From Octopus vulgaris (taxonomy: Eukaryota), in the NCBI GenBank assembly GCA_951406725.2, contig OX597821.1:35402001-35466000 (forward strand): a stretch of 64,000 nucleotides of DNA, given 5' to 3'. The notes beneath the pieces were generated by a model. It saw only the letters and a program-made list of their open reading frames with translations. It did not search any database and had not been told where the DNA came from. The stretch's first letter is position 1; every line of letters begins with the position of its first letter. Shown piece after piece: positions 42,045 through 57,000 of this stretch. Made by a program: the position numbers and the translations under genes.

Positions 42045-42846
42045 TACTCTTTTATTCTTTTACACGTTTCAGTCAAATGACAGCGGCCATGCTGGAGCGC
42101 CGACTTAAAGGCTTTTAGTTGAAGAAATCGACAGCAGGACTTGTTCTTTGTAAGCCTAGTACTTATTCTACAAATGTTGTCAAGAGAGAGAAAAGATGAG
42201 AAACACAGGCACAAAGATTACACACACAAATATATATACATATGTATATACGACGAGCGTCTTTCAGTTTCTGCCTACCAAATCCGCTTACAAGGTCGGC
42301 CTGACACTATAGTAGAAGACACTTGTATAAGCTGTCACGCAATGAGACTGAGCTCGAAATCTCTTAGCTTCTGTGATACAGTTGCAACGGCAACTACTGT
42401 AATGCATGTTGTATGTATGTATGTATGTATGCATTTATGTATATATTTTTGTATGTATATATGTATGTATGTATATATGTAAAATGTATTTATGTATGTA
42501 TGTATGCATTTATGTATGTATGTATTTATGTATGTATGTATTTTTGTATTTATGTATATATATATGTATGTATGTATTTATGTATGTATGTATGTATATA
42601 TGTATGTATTTATAAGAGTGTTTTGTGTGTGTGTTGGTGTTTGTTTGTCCTTCACCATCGCTGAACAACCAATGTTGACTAGTTTACACCCCATAGCACA
42701 GCTGTTCGGCAAAAGAGACCGATAGAATAAGAGTCAAGCTTAACAAACAAAACTAAAACACAATATTGAGCCTACATTTTTCGACTAATCCCTTCAAGGC
42801 GGTGACCCTTCATGGCCAGGTACTATTCACTGAAATAAGTAAAAGA
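42045..42846. mobile_element. Two old family A-related SINE remnants back to back (42045-42360 minus; 42620-42846 plus) around a TATG-rich tract
   Basis: GGCCATGCTGGAGC..TTCTTTGTAAGCCTAGTACTTATTCTA, and CGGCAAAAGAGACCGATAGAATAAG. Confidence 0.75.
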
Positions 42847-43435
42847 TATGTATGTATGTATGTATGTATGTATGTTTGTATGTATGTATACATGTAGATA
42901 GGTGGGATTAAATGAGTAAATTGAAAAGGAAATATGTTGGACTTATTACGTTCAATTAAATACATTTCAGAGCAAATATACTTTACGTACCGAGATGCTG
43001 AACAAATATCGGTGATATGAAATTACATGCGCCGTAATTAGTTCAGAGAATGGAAATAACCACAGACATAGGTAAATGCAATTTACCTTTTATACAAACG
43101 AGAGGTGGAAAAAAGGAAAGATAACATCAAAATTCAAGAAATTACGCAAAATTAAAAAGTAAAATCTAACTACCTGAAGCGACTGATTTGCTTCTAATTA
43201 GATGGATTCATTTACGCGTACCAATTTATTGATTGAAGTATTTTATTCCTAACGGCACTTAACCAAAACACCAGTACGTTTCTCTCTCTCTCTCTCTCTC
43301 TGTCCTTCTCTCTGTCCCTCTCCCTCTATCTATCTATCTATCTATGTGTATGCATGTGTGTGTCTTAGAATCTGTTGTGGTGAAATCCTGACACCCCGGC
43401 GAGATAGCAAATGAACTGTCCTAAACCTTGTAAAG

Positions 43436-43445
43436 GCGCATGCGT
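43436..43445. promoter_or_regulatory. NRF1-like motif GCGCATGCGT upstream of a candidate first exon
   Basis: Near-match to the GCGCATGCGC consensus in unique, relatively GC-rich sequence. Confidence 0.25.
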
Positions 43446-43772
43446 ACTGACAGTGTGTCGTGCTGTGTGGTTTGTGCAGTCGCATTTGTGAAGGCAGTGG
43501 TAGAAGTTGTTGAGAAGAAACAAGTTTATTACGTTTTGGTAGTGTTATAACACTGTTACAGTTTAGTCTACATCCAAACGCAAAGTTGCTTGCCTTTTAC
43601 GAAGCAGAACTTCTAGTCACACAACATTGAGTATCCCAGAATGTGTTCTATGAGTACATATCTCACAAAATTATTCACAGGAAGAGAAAGGTTTTCTGCA
43701 GGTGTGATAAATACACTGCATCTATCTTAGAACGATAAACCCTCAGAGTGAGGAGCACGAAATAGTTTGTCA

Positions 43773-43921
43773 ATGAAAGATATAAAGATACCTCAAAACT
43801 TGCATTATGTGATTGAAAATGTGAGTTTTGCTATACCAATGTTGAGAATAACAACATCGTCAGCCGTCCAAACATTTCACATGCGACTACCATATCATCA
43901 GTCGAGACATTATTTCCAAAA
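43773..43921 (+). CDS. Candidate first coding exon of an unidentified gene
   Basis: ATG opens 49 codons (MKDIKIPQNLHYVIENVSFAIPMLRITTSSAVQTFHMRLPYHQSRHYFQ) ending at a consensus donor AA|GTAAGT; acceptor TTTTCTGCAG at 43692-43701. No recognisable homology. Confidence 0.3.
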
Positions 43922-44364
43922 GTAAGTACAGTTAAAGAGGCATGAATTCATAAATCTAAAGGTACGTGTGCATTTTCATCATTTCTTTGACGGTTATTTT
44001 TCATAATCCAGTTAAAACAGCTTGCTTTTGGCTTTAACTGTTTATATTGATTCTTATTGTATTTATTCTTTTTATCTTTTATTTCTTTCAAATGTATTAC
44101 TTTCCAGTAAAATAAAGCCCCATAAGACTGATCAAATTTACGTTGTCAAACATATTTGAAGAGTCAGAAACCGGTCCTGCATTATCCGATTCTAGGTTGT
44201 CCATTTATCGAATGTTCTTCCTGGAGGTAAGACAAATTTTTCACGTTTTTTTGCATACACACGTCTTTGCTAGTAAATACGCAGTGAAGCTATACAATAG
44301 CGTCGTATTTGTAACGAATGCTATTTTCGAGTAAATATTGGTGCCTTGTTGTACCACTTATCTG

Positions 44365-44413
<49 letters not shown>

Positions 44414-44472
44414 CATACATACTCACACATTCATATATATATATATATATATATATGTATAATACATATGCA

Positions 44473-45717
44473 CACACATGACAGAAGTAGATAGACTAGC
44501 TTATAATCATTAAAATTTATTTAAATCTGAAATTATAATTCAAAATATTCATTAATTATGATAATCTGAATATTTGATATTTAGTAGATATGTCCTTTGC
44601 ATTTCAAAATACAAGGACCCTATTAAGCATGTTACTGATCAGATAATGAATATTCCCTTGCAGAATTTCTTGCCAACTTTCATGTAGTATCCCTAAAAAT
44701 CTGGTTTTGAAGATGCTTTCTTGTTCTTTATACGAAGTGTCCTGTCCATTATGTCCCAGAGTTGTTGAATAGAGTTCATATCTGGTGACTGGCTTGGCCA
44801 TGGAAACCTTCAAATGCGATTCTCATCCGACAAATATTGGCGCATTTCAGCCGTGTGACAAGAGGCCTCATCTTCCATAAATAGTCTTTTTTAATCATTT
44901 CACCAGTGGAGAAGATTGGTTATACTCCTTTTTGCAATATGGACACATATTTATCTGAGTTTATGTTTCCCTCACACTCCACAGTCTCTGATCAATCATT
45001 GCTCCAAATTGCTCCCTAGAGCATCACAGAATAGCTGCCGTGTTTCATTGTTGTCTGCAATCTTTTCACACCAAATTCTTGATTGCTGAATCACCAGACC
45101 TATACTCGACCACCGTCAGGCAATACAGCAAATCTGGACTCGTCAGAGAATATGACAGTGTTCCAAAATGCTAGTGGCCTCTCCACCATCTCACTGGCCC
45201 AAACTTTTCTCTGCTTGATGTTGGATGGTCGAAGAAGTGACTTCCTTCTTGTGGCTCTGCCAGAGTAACCAAGTGTGTGGAGATACCTGACAGCTGTTCT
45301 GGGACTGACATCCACTTGTTCTGCTAGGTCAGAGATCTTGCAGCGAGGATTATCCTGCACACGTCTCTTAGAAAAGAGAAGGCTGCTGTCAGAGGACGCT
45401 GGTTGATCTGTGTGAGGTGATGTAAACTTCTTCCCCTCTCTGGGGAATTGCATAACCACTCTGTTAACTGCAGACAGCAGGATCCCAAGGTTTTCTGCAA
45501 TATTACGCTTACTCTGTCCATCTTCAAAATGATCCACAATAGGGCCTCTTTCAATTACAGACAGTGCAATGCCTCTTTTCTACATGGCATGATTGAACAT
45601 TCACTTATAGAACCTGAAACATAGAAATGTCAATTAATAAAAAATATAAAACTTCATATGTGAGAATAAACATAAAGCGATGTTTTATGGTATGTCTATT
45701 TACTCGTGTTATGTCTG
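44473..45717 (-). mobile_element. Near full-length decayed Tc1-like transposon
   Basis: ORF 45100-45537 has HTH regions and FWNTVIFSDESRF; beyond it TTMKHG..SVML*GAIWS..EGNINSDKY with stops. 24-bp TIRs at 44473-44496 and 45694-45717 match at 19/24; TA follows the right end. Confidence 0.9.
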
Positions 45718-45738
45718 TATATATATATATATATATAT

Positions 45739-46127
45739 ACTCTCTTTCTTTCTCTCTTTTACATGTTTCAGTCATTTGACTGTGGCCATGCTGGAGCACC
45801 GCCTTTAGCCGAGCAAATCGACCCCGGGACTTATTCTTTGTAAGCCCAGTACTTATTCTATCGGTCTTTTTTGCCGAACCGCTAAGTGACGAGGACGTAA
45901 ACACACCAGCATCGGTTGTCAAGCAATGCTAGGGGGACAAACACAGACACACAAACACATACATATATACGACAGGCTTCTTTCAGTTTCCGTCTACCAA
46001 ATCCACTCACAAGGCATTGGTCGGCCCGAGGCTATAGTAGAAGACACTTGCCCAAGATGCCACGCAGTGGGACTGAACCCGGAACCATGTGGTTGGTTAG
46101 CAAGCTACTTACCACACAGCCACTCCT
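45739..46127 (-). mobile_element. SINE family A, full length
   Basis: Reverse complement of family A. Confidence 0.92.
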
Positions 46128-46826
46128 AATATATATATTATGCGTATTTTTTTTGTGTGTATAATTATATATATATATAATACACGTACATACACACACA
46201 CACATATATATATACATATATATATTGCGTATTTACCTTTGTGCGTATATATGTGTATGTGTGTGTTTTTGACACAGACAAACAATCATATACAAATACG
46301 GAAGCAGACAGGCTAATGGACAAAGGCGTAGACAGTCAAGCTGAGAGATACTCACTCGCAAGTAATATTTGTGAAGTCTTCGTTCTAGGCTAATTGATTC
46401 ATCAAATATTAGAGTGGACTGAAAAACGAATTAATTACATTGTTGAGTTCTTATGTTATAATTGTTCATTGCATTAATCCTTTACTACTCTGCTTAATTG
46501 GCAAATAACTTCACAATACATAATAACGTAATTCACTTGTAAATATAAATTTAACATTCTATTTCGCAAACATTTCTTTGGAAATTGCCGAAACAACGTT
46601 ATGAGGATAAACTCTTTGTAAAGCTGCTCGTTTTGATACTCGAATGATCGATATTTAATTGAATATATTATATATATATATATATACATATATGTATATA
46701 TCTATCTATCTATCTGACTCTCTGTCTATACATATATATAAATATATATGCATACTCCCATCTTACATTCATATGTATGTGTGAATATATATGTATACAA
46801 TGTAAAGATACACACACATACAACCC

Positions 46827-47296
<470 letters not shown>

Positions 47297-48929
47297 CCAC
47301 ACACACATATGCCCGCGCATCGGATTTTGATGTTTGAAGAATTGGGAAACTTGAAAATACGACCTTCTCCTGAATTGCAGTAAGGAAAATGTGATTAATG
47401 TCCCTGAGAATGATTTTATCCACTTTTTTCCAGATTGTGGGCTATAATCTACAGCTACATGTGATTTGAGTTATTTCGTAAAGTACCTTACACTGTCCCT
47501 CTGTCACTCACACATATCAAGAGCAATGTGAATATAAATATATAATATGTACCGAGATTTATTGAAGTTTTCCAGAATTTCTCCCGGTCCCACGACTTTA
47601 TATTTTCTTGTTTTTCAAAGAAAAGTATATGCGTCTGTATAAGTATTTGATTAGAAGTTGATTATTCCTTTAAACTAGATTCCAGGGAATGGAATCTTCA
47701 CATATATTGTTTATGTTTTATGGTTTCCAGTTTCAGCCTTTGAGCTGTGGCCATGCTGGGGCACCGCCATTTTATAAAAAATAAATTTATCAAATCAGCA
47801 CTGTAATATATCCATAAATCCATGCGCATGCACCAAACAACATTATAGTTGGTATCCTCACAGTCACATATAAATGAATCCTCATTCTTGACCATCGAGT
47901 ATGTCTGGTACATTTTGGTGGCATTTCACACACTTCTGTTACTTTTAATATCGTTTTATGCTGTATCTGTTTTAATTTTCCTGATGTGTCATGTGTTATA
48001 TCATGTATCATCTTGCAACATGTAGCATCTTCTATTTCACTTTCGCTTCAACTCTCTAGTCACATTTATGTAACTGTATATGTATATAGGCAAACATGTG
48101 TATACGTATGTGAGTTTATGCATGCATACGAGGATGCATATATATATATATATATATATATTCATATGTGCGTATAGGCTTATATGTATACAAGCATATG
48201 CATATATATTATATATATGGTTGTGTGTGTGTGTGTGTGTATATGTCATGAACAGTGGTGAGCATTAGAGGAATAGTGAGAGAGGATTCACACAGGGGGG
48301 GGGTTGACAGTTTGTCAAGTAAAAGCTCGAGAGAAGAGACAACTCTGCTAAGACACGATGGAATAATCTGATAGGAAGATTACGCTCCAGGGGATTACAC
48401 ATGATTGAAACCCATAATCTGGCATATTTGACCACGTGTGTATGTGCGTGTGTGTAAATGTATGTGTGCTTAGATATGTCTATGTATGGAAATAGTATAA
48501 AGATTTCGTAGAATTATTATTATAGTCTAGCATGTGATATTAGGCTCAGTAAGAAAGCATCAAAAGAATGAATGTTATCAGCATTGATTTTTTTCCCCCA
48601 TATAAAATCATTATGTAATCTATTCTTGTTTTGAAACTGTTACCGGTCGGCTGCCTATCTTTAGGATTGATTGAGGTCTCAACAGTATGACATTAAACAC
48701 AGTTAATGATGTGGAGTATTGAGACTCTGTTCCAAACAACGTAAAAAGCTTTAAGCTAGTTTTAGACAACAATTTTAATTACAATTTTAATTTATTTTAC
48801 ACTTTCCAGGTCAAGAGTCATGAATGGTTTCTAACTGAATATATTTAATTCCATACATAAGCTAATTAACTGATATATACAGTATTATATATCGTATGCC
48901 TCATATTCATATTGTTCAAAACATAATGA

Positions 48930-49360
48930 AAAAATTAATATTGTGTATGCAATGTCTCCACTGTTCTTGGAAACTATACCTCTCATCAGACCTTTCGTCC
49001 ATTTCTAACATGTCCTTTGCAAGATATGACTTGATCTCTGAATTCAGTATAGCTATTAATTCCTGCCTCTATTCATATTTCGTCCGCCTGGATGTAAACG
49101 AAACAGCCTCTGCACTCCATGTGAACATTGTGGTATTGTATGCACGGATATTTAATTATTGGAATACTTAATAAATGGAACGGAAAGCCAGCAGTGCTTC
49201 CTCACAAGAATTACATGTGCTCGTTCAGGGATATACATGATCAGTAACAATCATAACCCATGAATTCTAAATATAATATCTTTTCTAATGCATTGCTCAT
49301 CATATGCATAATCTTTCAAACATTATTGTCGACGTTTCCGTCCAGATAAGCAGTCATGCA
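48930..49360 (-). mobile_element. Possible very old RTE-like LINE remnant
   Basis: Only weak motif traces (LLIWTETST). Confidence 0.3.
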
Positions 49361-51914
49361 ACCAAATGATCTCCCATGCATGTATACAGAGGTTCTAGCG
49401 TTGAAGCATACGCAGATAATACACGCCTACAAAATATATGGATTATTCAAAAATCCATACAGAGAGCAATCGAACATTCTACACGCATGCAGAACTAATA
49501 AATACACATAAAGAACAAACTTTTCAACGTTCATATATAGAAGATTAATTTTTGGACATGAATAATTGATGTAGTATGACAAAAAATTTGTTTATTAATT
49601 AAAATTAGACTTTTGTGCTGAAAACGTTATTACCTGATATCTCGTGTTGATTTAAGAACAGAGGAGAAAAAGAAGTTTGTACACTTCATAGATGATGTAA
49701 AATAATAATAAAAAAATTATCTATTTTTAAGATCTGCAAATATACATATTTTCTATCAACATATGTAAATGAAAGTACACACACATTCACACACACACAC
49801 ACACACACACATTCACACACACATACAAACTCTCTCACACACACACACAGGCACACACATTATATTCCATTTTTCATTATTTGAAAATTCCTTTAAAGAA
49901 GGAGACGATCTCTAATAAAGATACAAAGCTCTATTCTTAGAATGCAGATAGCAAGAGCAATGCCACATTTTCGACTTGTGAAACGTCGTGCATACTGCAC
50001 CTGTTCCGCTTAGATATTCTATATTCAATGTGTGATTCCTTTTTCTGAAAATCCTAGTTCTTCAGATTGCCATTTAAGCTTTTGCTAAGAAAATCAGCAA
50101 CCAGTTAGTATCAGTAATAAATGCAAATTTACTATCGAGGAGTCAAGAGTGAAGGTTCGAAGCAGTTGTCTGCAGTATTTCTCTTGCTCAAGTTTTCGAC
50201 GAGATATTCACATCAGCACAGCAATTGACTTTAATATGGTACATATTATCCATGTATGTCACAAAGGACTATATGCGGGTTGTTAATGTTTCTCTTCGAA
50301 GATGTTTTGATGGGAATATTCCACAAATATTCTACGGGCTAATGTTCATGTACGTTATCAATAACAGAAGGATTCTCCATGTTTAGCTCAGAACAGACAT
50401 TTTTGTTCTCCAGATAGCATTTTAAACTGGTTTAGCGAAAGTGTTAATGTCACATCGGCAGGTAGTACCTTGATGACACTTTATGGCAACTGCTGATTAC
50501 ATGTGTGGTGTCTTCCACATGTATGTTTCATAATTAACCAGGTCTTTACCCCGTCATTTGTATATTAAGCATTCGGTATAATCTCTTGGTCTTTGTTCAA
50601 TCTGAGCTTATGGTAACAGACGCTTGTACGAAGCACAACGCTAGATGTGGCGCACATACAGTTAAGCGCACACACAGTGACTCCTCAAAAATATTTTCAG
50701 ATAATTGACTGAAGAAAATTGTATGTAGTCATTTGACTTCTACGAAATAAAAGTTGAGAACTTTTCATAACATTCAGCTTTCTTTACGAAGGGATATTTC
50801 ATGTGGTACTTCTGAATAAGTCTATGTGATGGTCACGACTGGAATGCCTTACATCATGAACTATTCTATCAGAGCTTGTCTAGAATTAGACATCAGCACT
50901 ACCAATGTATATCACCGGATATTTATAGGTATTAGAACATAGACATACATATACACTTCTCACCACCTATTTTCACACATATATGTATACAGGTATGCAT
51001 GTGCGCACGTACGTGTGAGTGTACACACACATATAAATATATACACACAAATGGACAGCAAGAGAAATTGGACTAGTTTCTGTATATTTGTGCGAGTGTG
51101 AGTGTGTGTGTATGTTTGTGTACTTGTGTATGTGCGCACGCGTGCGTATGTTTGTGTGTTCGCGTATATGGTTCAGTGAGATAAAAAAAATGTGGTGGGA
51201 AATGGTCGGAAGTACTGCTGTGTGGAGCAAAATGCATTGCGGCGTGTTTGTGATCTTTACGTTTTGATCCAAGTAGGTGTGGTATATCGATCCGAGATAT
51301 GAGGCAAATCACCCAGTCCATTTCACCACTGGCAGACAGACCTGTATTTCACATGGCAATAATGTCCCCTTGAGTCTCTTATCCAACATGAAATCGATAA
51401 CAGCTTACTGATAAAGTTTCTTTTTCCTACTGAAAACGAGCCAAAAATCCCTTAAATACTCTTTGCAGAAACTTGGGAGCTCCACGCTCGTTCCGTTATT
51501 CCACATAGGATTTTTTACGCTCTAATGGTATCTGTCTTCTTTGATGACAAAATGAAGCACAATAACATACTTTCTTCTACTGAAAATGTCTACGGGTTTC
51601 TAAGTCTTACATACTGATGTTCCCGAGTCCGCATGACAAAGCAAACCAAAATTAAATGCTGTTTACCCATTTTGCTTTACATTTTACATTCACCACATCG
51701 AAACACGTGACTCAGTCCGAACGTTTCACTTTTGATATTTTTATATTTATTTTTCAATTATACCTTTGAAAGCACATTCACGACTTTGTAAAAAGAAATT
51801 GAAATTTAGGGTTTAGTGTATATATATGTATATACGTATACGTACATGTATACCTATACATATATGCAAGCCACTTACGTATACACATATACATACATAC
51901 ATACATACATACAA

Positions 51915-51949
<35 letters not shown>

Positions 51950-51955
51950 TATATA

Positions 51956-53109
51956 CTAGCATTAAAGACCCGTCGTTGCCGGGCCATAGTGCTAGTGCAT
52001 GTATATATGTGTATATATATATATACATATTACATGTACATCTATATATATACATCTACACATAAAATACAAAATACAAAGTTATATCTTGATATCGCTA
52101 GTGATAACAATACTGAAAATATATAACAGACTGGAATTGTTAGCCCGTCTCTTGTAATTTCGATCAATTGTATCTTATCCTCCCTCTTGTATAGAAGTGT
52201 GGCTACAATCCAGCCTACCTCTACTTCTGGGACGGGGGGGGCATTAAATTTTTTTTTTCCGGGACGTCCAATGTCCCAGATATAAAGGTAAAAATAAAAT
52301 ATTTCCACTTTGCAAGTTTGAGTCAAGTACTCCTTTGCACGCTCCGTTGACTCGAACCTTGCTTCTATTGTGGCGAATTTACCGCCTCTGATTAGATACC
52401 TTTCATAATCGCACCAAGACACTTTTCGAAGGTGCTTTCCTCCATGTGTTCAAATCTTCTTTTTTCTCTACATTGTATACTTTATAGACTATAGTCTTTT
52501 CTTTAATTTAATTCTTTATTATCCATCTGGACTATTCCATTTCTGCACGCTAATTTTATTTTTAATTTATTCCCATTCATGTGAAACCACTTATTCAAGT
52601 TCAAATCATTGATGCAATTTTATACCAATTGCTATTTTTACTTTTGTTATGTTACAATTATATTATACTTTAGTTTGATTTTAATTATTACTTACTACAT
52701 ATAATTCAATTGTTATTATTATTTTTATTGTTAAAGTGAAAGTATCTGACATAAAATAGAGAAACGTTTTTGTTTCACTTTTAACACATAATACTGAAAT
52801 AGTGGAGAAGATATGATATTGCTATGGGCTCGCTCTAGGCAAGAAGTTGAACATTTATTTTGCCCATGAAACTACATGGACCCTAAGTAAGGCATGTGTA
52901 AAATTTGAATTGGTTGTGTAGTTCTCAAATTTTAAGGGAAAATATGATATTGCTGTGGGCTCGCCCTAAGCAAAAAGGGCGATGACACTCACTAAGTAAG
53001 GCATTTGTAAAATTTGAATGAAATTGGTTGTGTAGTTCTCAAGTTTTAGGGAAATACACAGACAGACAGACAGACAGACAGACACACATTCTCAGTTTTA
53101 TATATATAA

Positions 53110-53112
<3 letters not shown>
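51956..53112 (-). mobile_element. Complete non-autonomous Helitron
   Basis: Minus strand starts A|TCTTTATATATATAAAACTGAGAATGTGTGTCTGTCTG and ends with hairpin CCCG-gcaacga-CGGG then ..CTAG|T; inserted between A and T, no TSD. Internal duplication at 52811-52938 / 52942-53052. Confidence 0.88.
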
Positions 53113-53166
<54 letters not shown>

Positions 53167-54679
53167 TTGATACATATATGTATGTGTGTGTATCTAAATT
53201 GAAAGGCAGTTATAGCGTGACATAGCATATAAGTCAAAAACAGTAGTAGCCATCTCAGTGAAATTGCAATGCATAATATATTAACATTAGTTTGGTATTT
53301 CTGGGTAGGACAGATCTGGAATTGATTAATGATTTATTAAAATTGTATTGGAACAGGTAATATGATGGGTATAACATTTCCATCTAAGCAAACAAATGCT
53401 TTACACCTTGACCTGAAACAATTCGTCTCCTTTGCTCTAGATGTCTTTATTTTTCGGCGAGTAGAGCAATACGATTTCTTGATGAATAATGCCAATCGTT
53501 ATTCAGTCCATATTATATATCAATATATTTCGGAATAGTAATAATGTGAATACTGACATTTCAGCATAAAGGTTATGTCTTTTGTAATGTATAACATATT
53601 ATTCTGTATGGCTATTACCATTAATGGAGTTAACACGAGTCGAAAATGGAATTTATTAATGTCATGCACTCTACATAAAGTAGAACCCAAATTTGGCTCA
53701 AATTGCAACTCGTGAACTTACGTAAAAGAAAGGACACATCAAATACGATTTGAGATCTGTTTTATGGGTAAAAAAAGGAGAGATGGTTGTTTCTGGCGCT
53801 AAGCAACGTTTGTAGTAATTTGTGCCAAAAGGAAAGCTTTACGTGATTACCTTCTCCGGTAGAATTAGGAAATAATACTATCTCAAATAATATGGTACAC
53901 TTTTAATGAAGGAAACTAGATATATTTTTTCTACTGAGGAAGAGGCAGAATTATCATAGCGGCAATGTAATCGATCTTAATGATCTGGGGATAAACAATA
54001 ATGCTAACAATAATTATAATAGTACTTGGAAGCAAAAAATCATTTAATAACACATTTAATAACACAATGTGAATTCTCTTTCGTGCCTGTATATTTGTGA
54101 AAAGAGAGAACTTTTGGTGTTCTCAAACTTATTCCAGTGCATCATATAGAATGTCACATCTAGAGGAGAAGTGAGTCAATTTCCAGGTAATTTGAAATGA
54201 CATGTTTTGCTGAAGGACACAAAGTACCACGCAATCTAGGAATCAATCTTACACCCTTATATCTTAATTACTAGAGCTATTCGACAGCGATGTGATAAGT
54301 GGTTAGCTTATGACACAAACACCCTTTTACCGAAATCAAATCTGGGCAGGTTTAACTAGTTTGAAGTATGCAATTTCAAAACTTCACGTAAGCGACTTGA
54401 GATATTGGTCGCATCTCTGTTCAACTCCAGTAATGGTGAGATATGATAATATCTACAGTGAGAGAACTTTTTCTTCGATTGTATTACTCAGAGGTTTATA
54501 AGGACGGACCTAGAATAAATATTTAAACAAAGCTAGCTTAATTCTGGAACTTATCAGCAATCCTGAAGTTGAGATTTCAACTACAAAATGTAAAAATAGA
54601 AATGATATTCGAAAAGAGCAAAAATAACACTTGATTAGAAAGTGATCACCCTCAAAACTCCGATATCAGAGAAGAGTAC

Positions 54680-57000
54680 TGAATAAAATATAATTTATAA
54701 AAAGCCGAAACCAGACAGCACTGTGCAGACACATGAAATAACAAGCAATTAGTGTCAGAGAAGCTCTTTCCCGAGAAGATATAGATTCCTTCTGGAGAAA
54801 AATCTAGAGCGAAGAAAAAGGGTGGAAACGGGGTGTTGTGTTGCAAGAAGAAATCGGAAGAATTTATTGTCCTTGCATTACACCCAAAACATAAAGCATC
54901 CATCTATGGTGTCACTGTAATTCAAGCATTTCCTTATAAAAATGCTCGAGGAAGACATTTGATTGTTGGACACTGTTACGATGGTGTAATCTCGTACCGA
55001 TCGTAACAACAAATCTGCCGAAGCAAACTCTCAATAGGGATGGTAACAGAGCTCCCTAGTTAGATCTAGCAGAAACATAACTGATCTCCAAATGCAAAAC
55101 AGTTCACGTGGTAAAGAACTATCAGTTAATTTCATGCCGGGATTTAATGTATAAGATACACATAAACTGTTTAAACCCATTCTTTCAAAACGCTTGTGAA
55201 AATAATATTATAATAGTGGAACAAGCAGCTGCGAAGAAAAGAGTTTAGGGATGTGGTAAACTATTTTTGATTATGGAAACTATTATGTAGTTAGAATATA
55301 AAAAATATTTTGTAACTGCCCACTATTTTTGTAAGCCAGAAGAGCATAATCAAATCCATAGCAGATTTGACTTTATTCTGGGCTGCCATCCTGAGGTTAA
55401 ATACAAGGAGTGATTATATTATTCGTAAAATACAATATCACAGAGGTATATACGGAGAAGATGGTTTCTATGTGATGCTGTTCTTTGTTTCAGCAAGCCT
55501 CTTGTCATTGTACAATTTTGAATGATGTTCCATCGGCACTCAAGAAGATAAAAGTATATAGTCTGAACTATATGTCGGGAATATGCATGAGACGAAAAAG
55601 AGTATTTATGTTTCTACAACATTCTCAAAGGATACAGGGCTGGAATTTGACAAAGATAAACATTTTCCTATATGGTTGCAAAACTAGACCAAACTACAAA
55701 TGAGACTAGCCGCATTTCCATCAATGACTTGACTGTGTCTTCTATATCTTGAAAGGATTTCCACATGTACCTTAGACATGTATAAAAACCTATCTTACGA
55801 TAGTTCCTGTAACAACGTACTCGTCACAAAGTAATTCAACGGCCGGATAAGAAAGAAAGATGTGTCTCAGAACTCCGAGCATGCAATATACTGTGGTCTG
55901 CGGTATGTTTGCAATATCAGCACTCATACCAAGATGTGGGCTACTTGATTGGATAATTGATATGATCAGAGCCATTGATGTAAAAATTCGAAAATACTAA
56001 CCTGCACAAATATTCTTTACATCAACAAAAACATAAACTATGTTTATCTAAAGCGAAAACAAGAAGGAAGCATCTTCACATCACATCGGATAGCTTTTGA
56101 ATTCCACATTCTAACAATTTGGTATCTGCTTTTGACTCCCTATGTCGAAGTGCACATCCATTGTCCTAGTCTCCATACATGAGGCAGATAACATGAGACT
56201 CGGAAAGCTTCTCCCCTAGAAATATTCCCTATGTGTTAACCTCGAGTACATGTTCAGATGAGTAGCACGATTCTACTGCGTCATATAATCAAATAAAAGA
56301 ATGAGTACAGATCAGTAGACAACATGCATGAATTTGTTGCATAAAGATCCAGGATAATAACAACGTTGATAATCAAAGTGTTCTTTCTTGGCGCAACAGC
56401 CAAATGAATTAACACTCACTTTGACGCGTATCTGCAATCCAGGAACAGGCATGATATAATTAACATATTCCTGATGCACAAAAGGGATAGAAATGTAGGA
56501 AAGAGAACAACATATGATAACCTATGTAGACTTTGTGAAGTTAGCATCGAAGATAGCACCCTCCTCATAATGTCATCGGATTATTATCTGTTGATGAGAC
56601 GTCATGTCATTATTAAGACACTGAACAATGAGATCTGCCAGATGGATCGTGCTGAGACCAAAGACCTAAGAATCCACAGAAATATAAAGACCGCCATAAC
56701 CACTCGTAATATGAAAAAATACTGGTGGAATGTCCATGTGAAAATCTCAACAAAATGCAATAAAATAAGAGATCGGAGATGGTGGTTTGAGACAGAGAAA
56801 AGAATTTATCCTCAGTAGTTTTTAGTGGAATTTGGTTGCTCAAGACAATGTGAAGTTCAGCTACAAAGAAATACCTACGATGAACTAACAAGAGAATCGA
56901 AATACACACGTAACTCTCCGAAACTAGGATATATAAGAAACTATTTCTTCACTATCCTTCAGAAATTAAGGTTCTCAAAATCAGAATGTAGAAAACTATT
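54680..57000 (+). mobile_element. Long, heavily decayed R4/Dong (R2-superfamily) element: RT plus zinc knuckle and REL region
   Basis: Ordered remnants: SREDIDSFWRKI; NIIIVEQAAAKKRV*GC; YHRGIYGEDG (GIFQGDS); GLEFDKDK; IRAIDVKIRK..YLKRKQEG; CRLC..RH..YWWNV. Confidence 0.8.
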
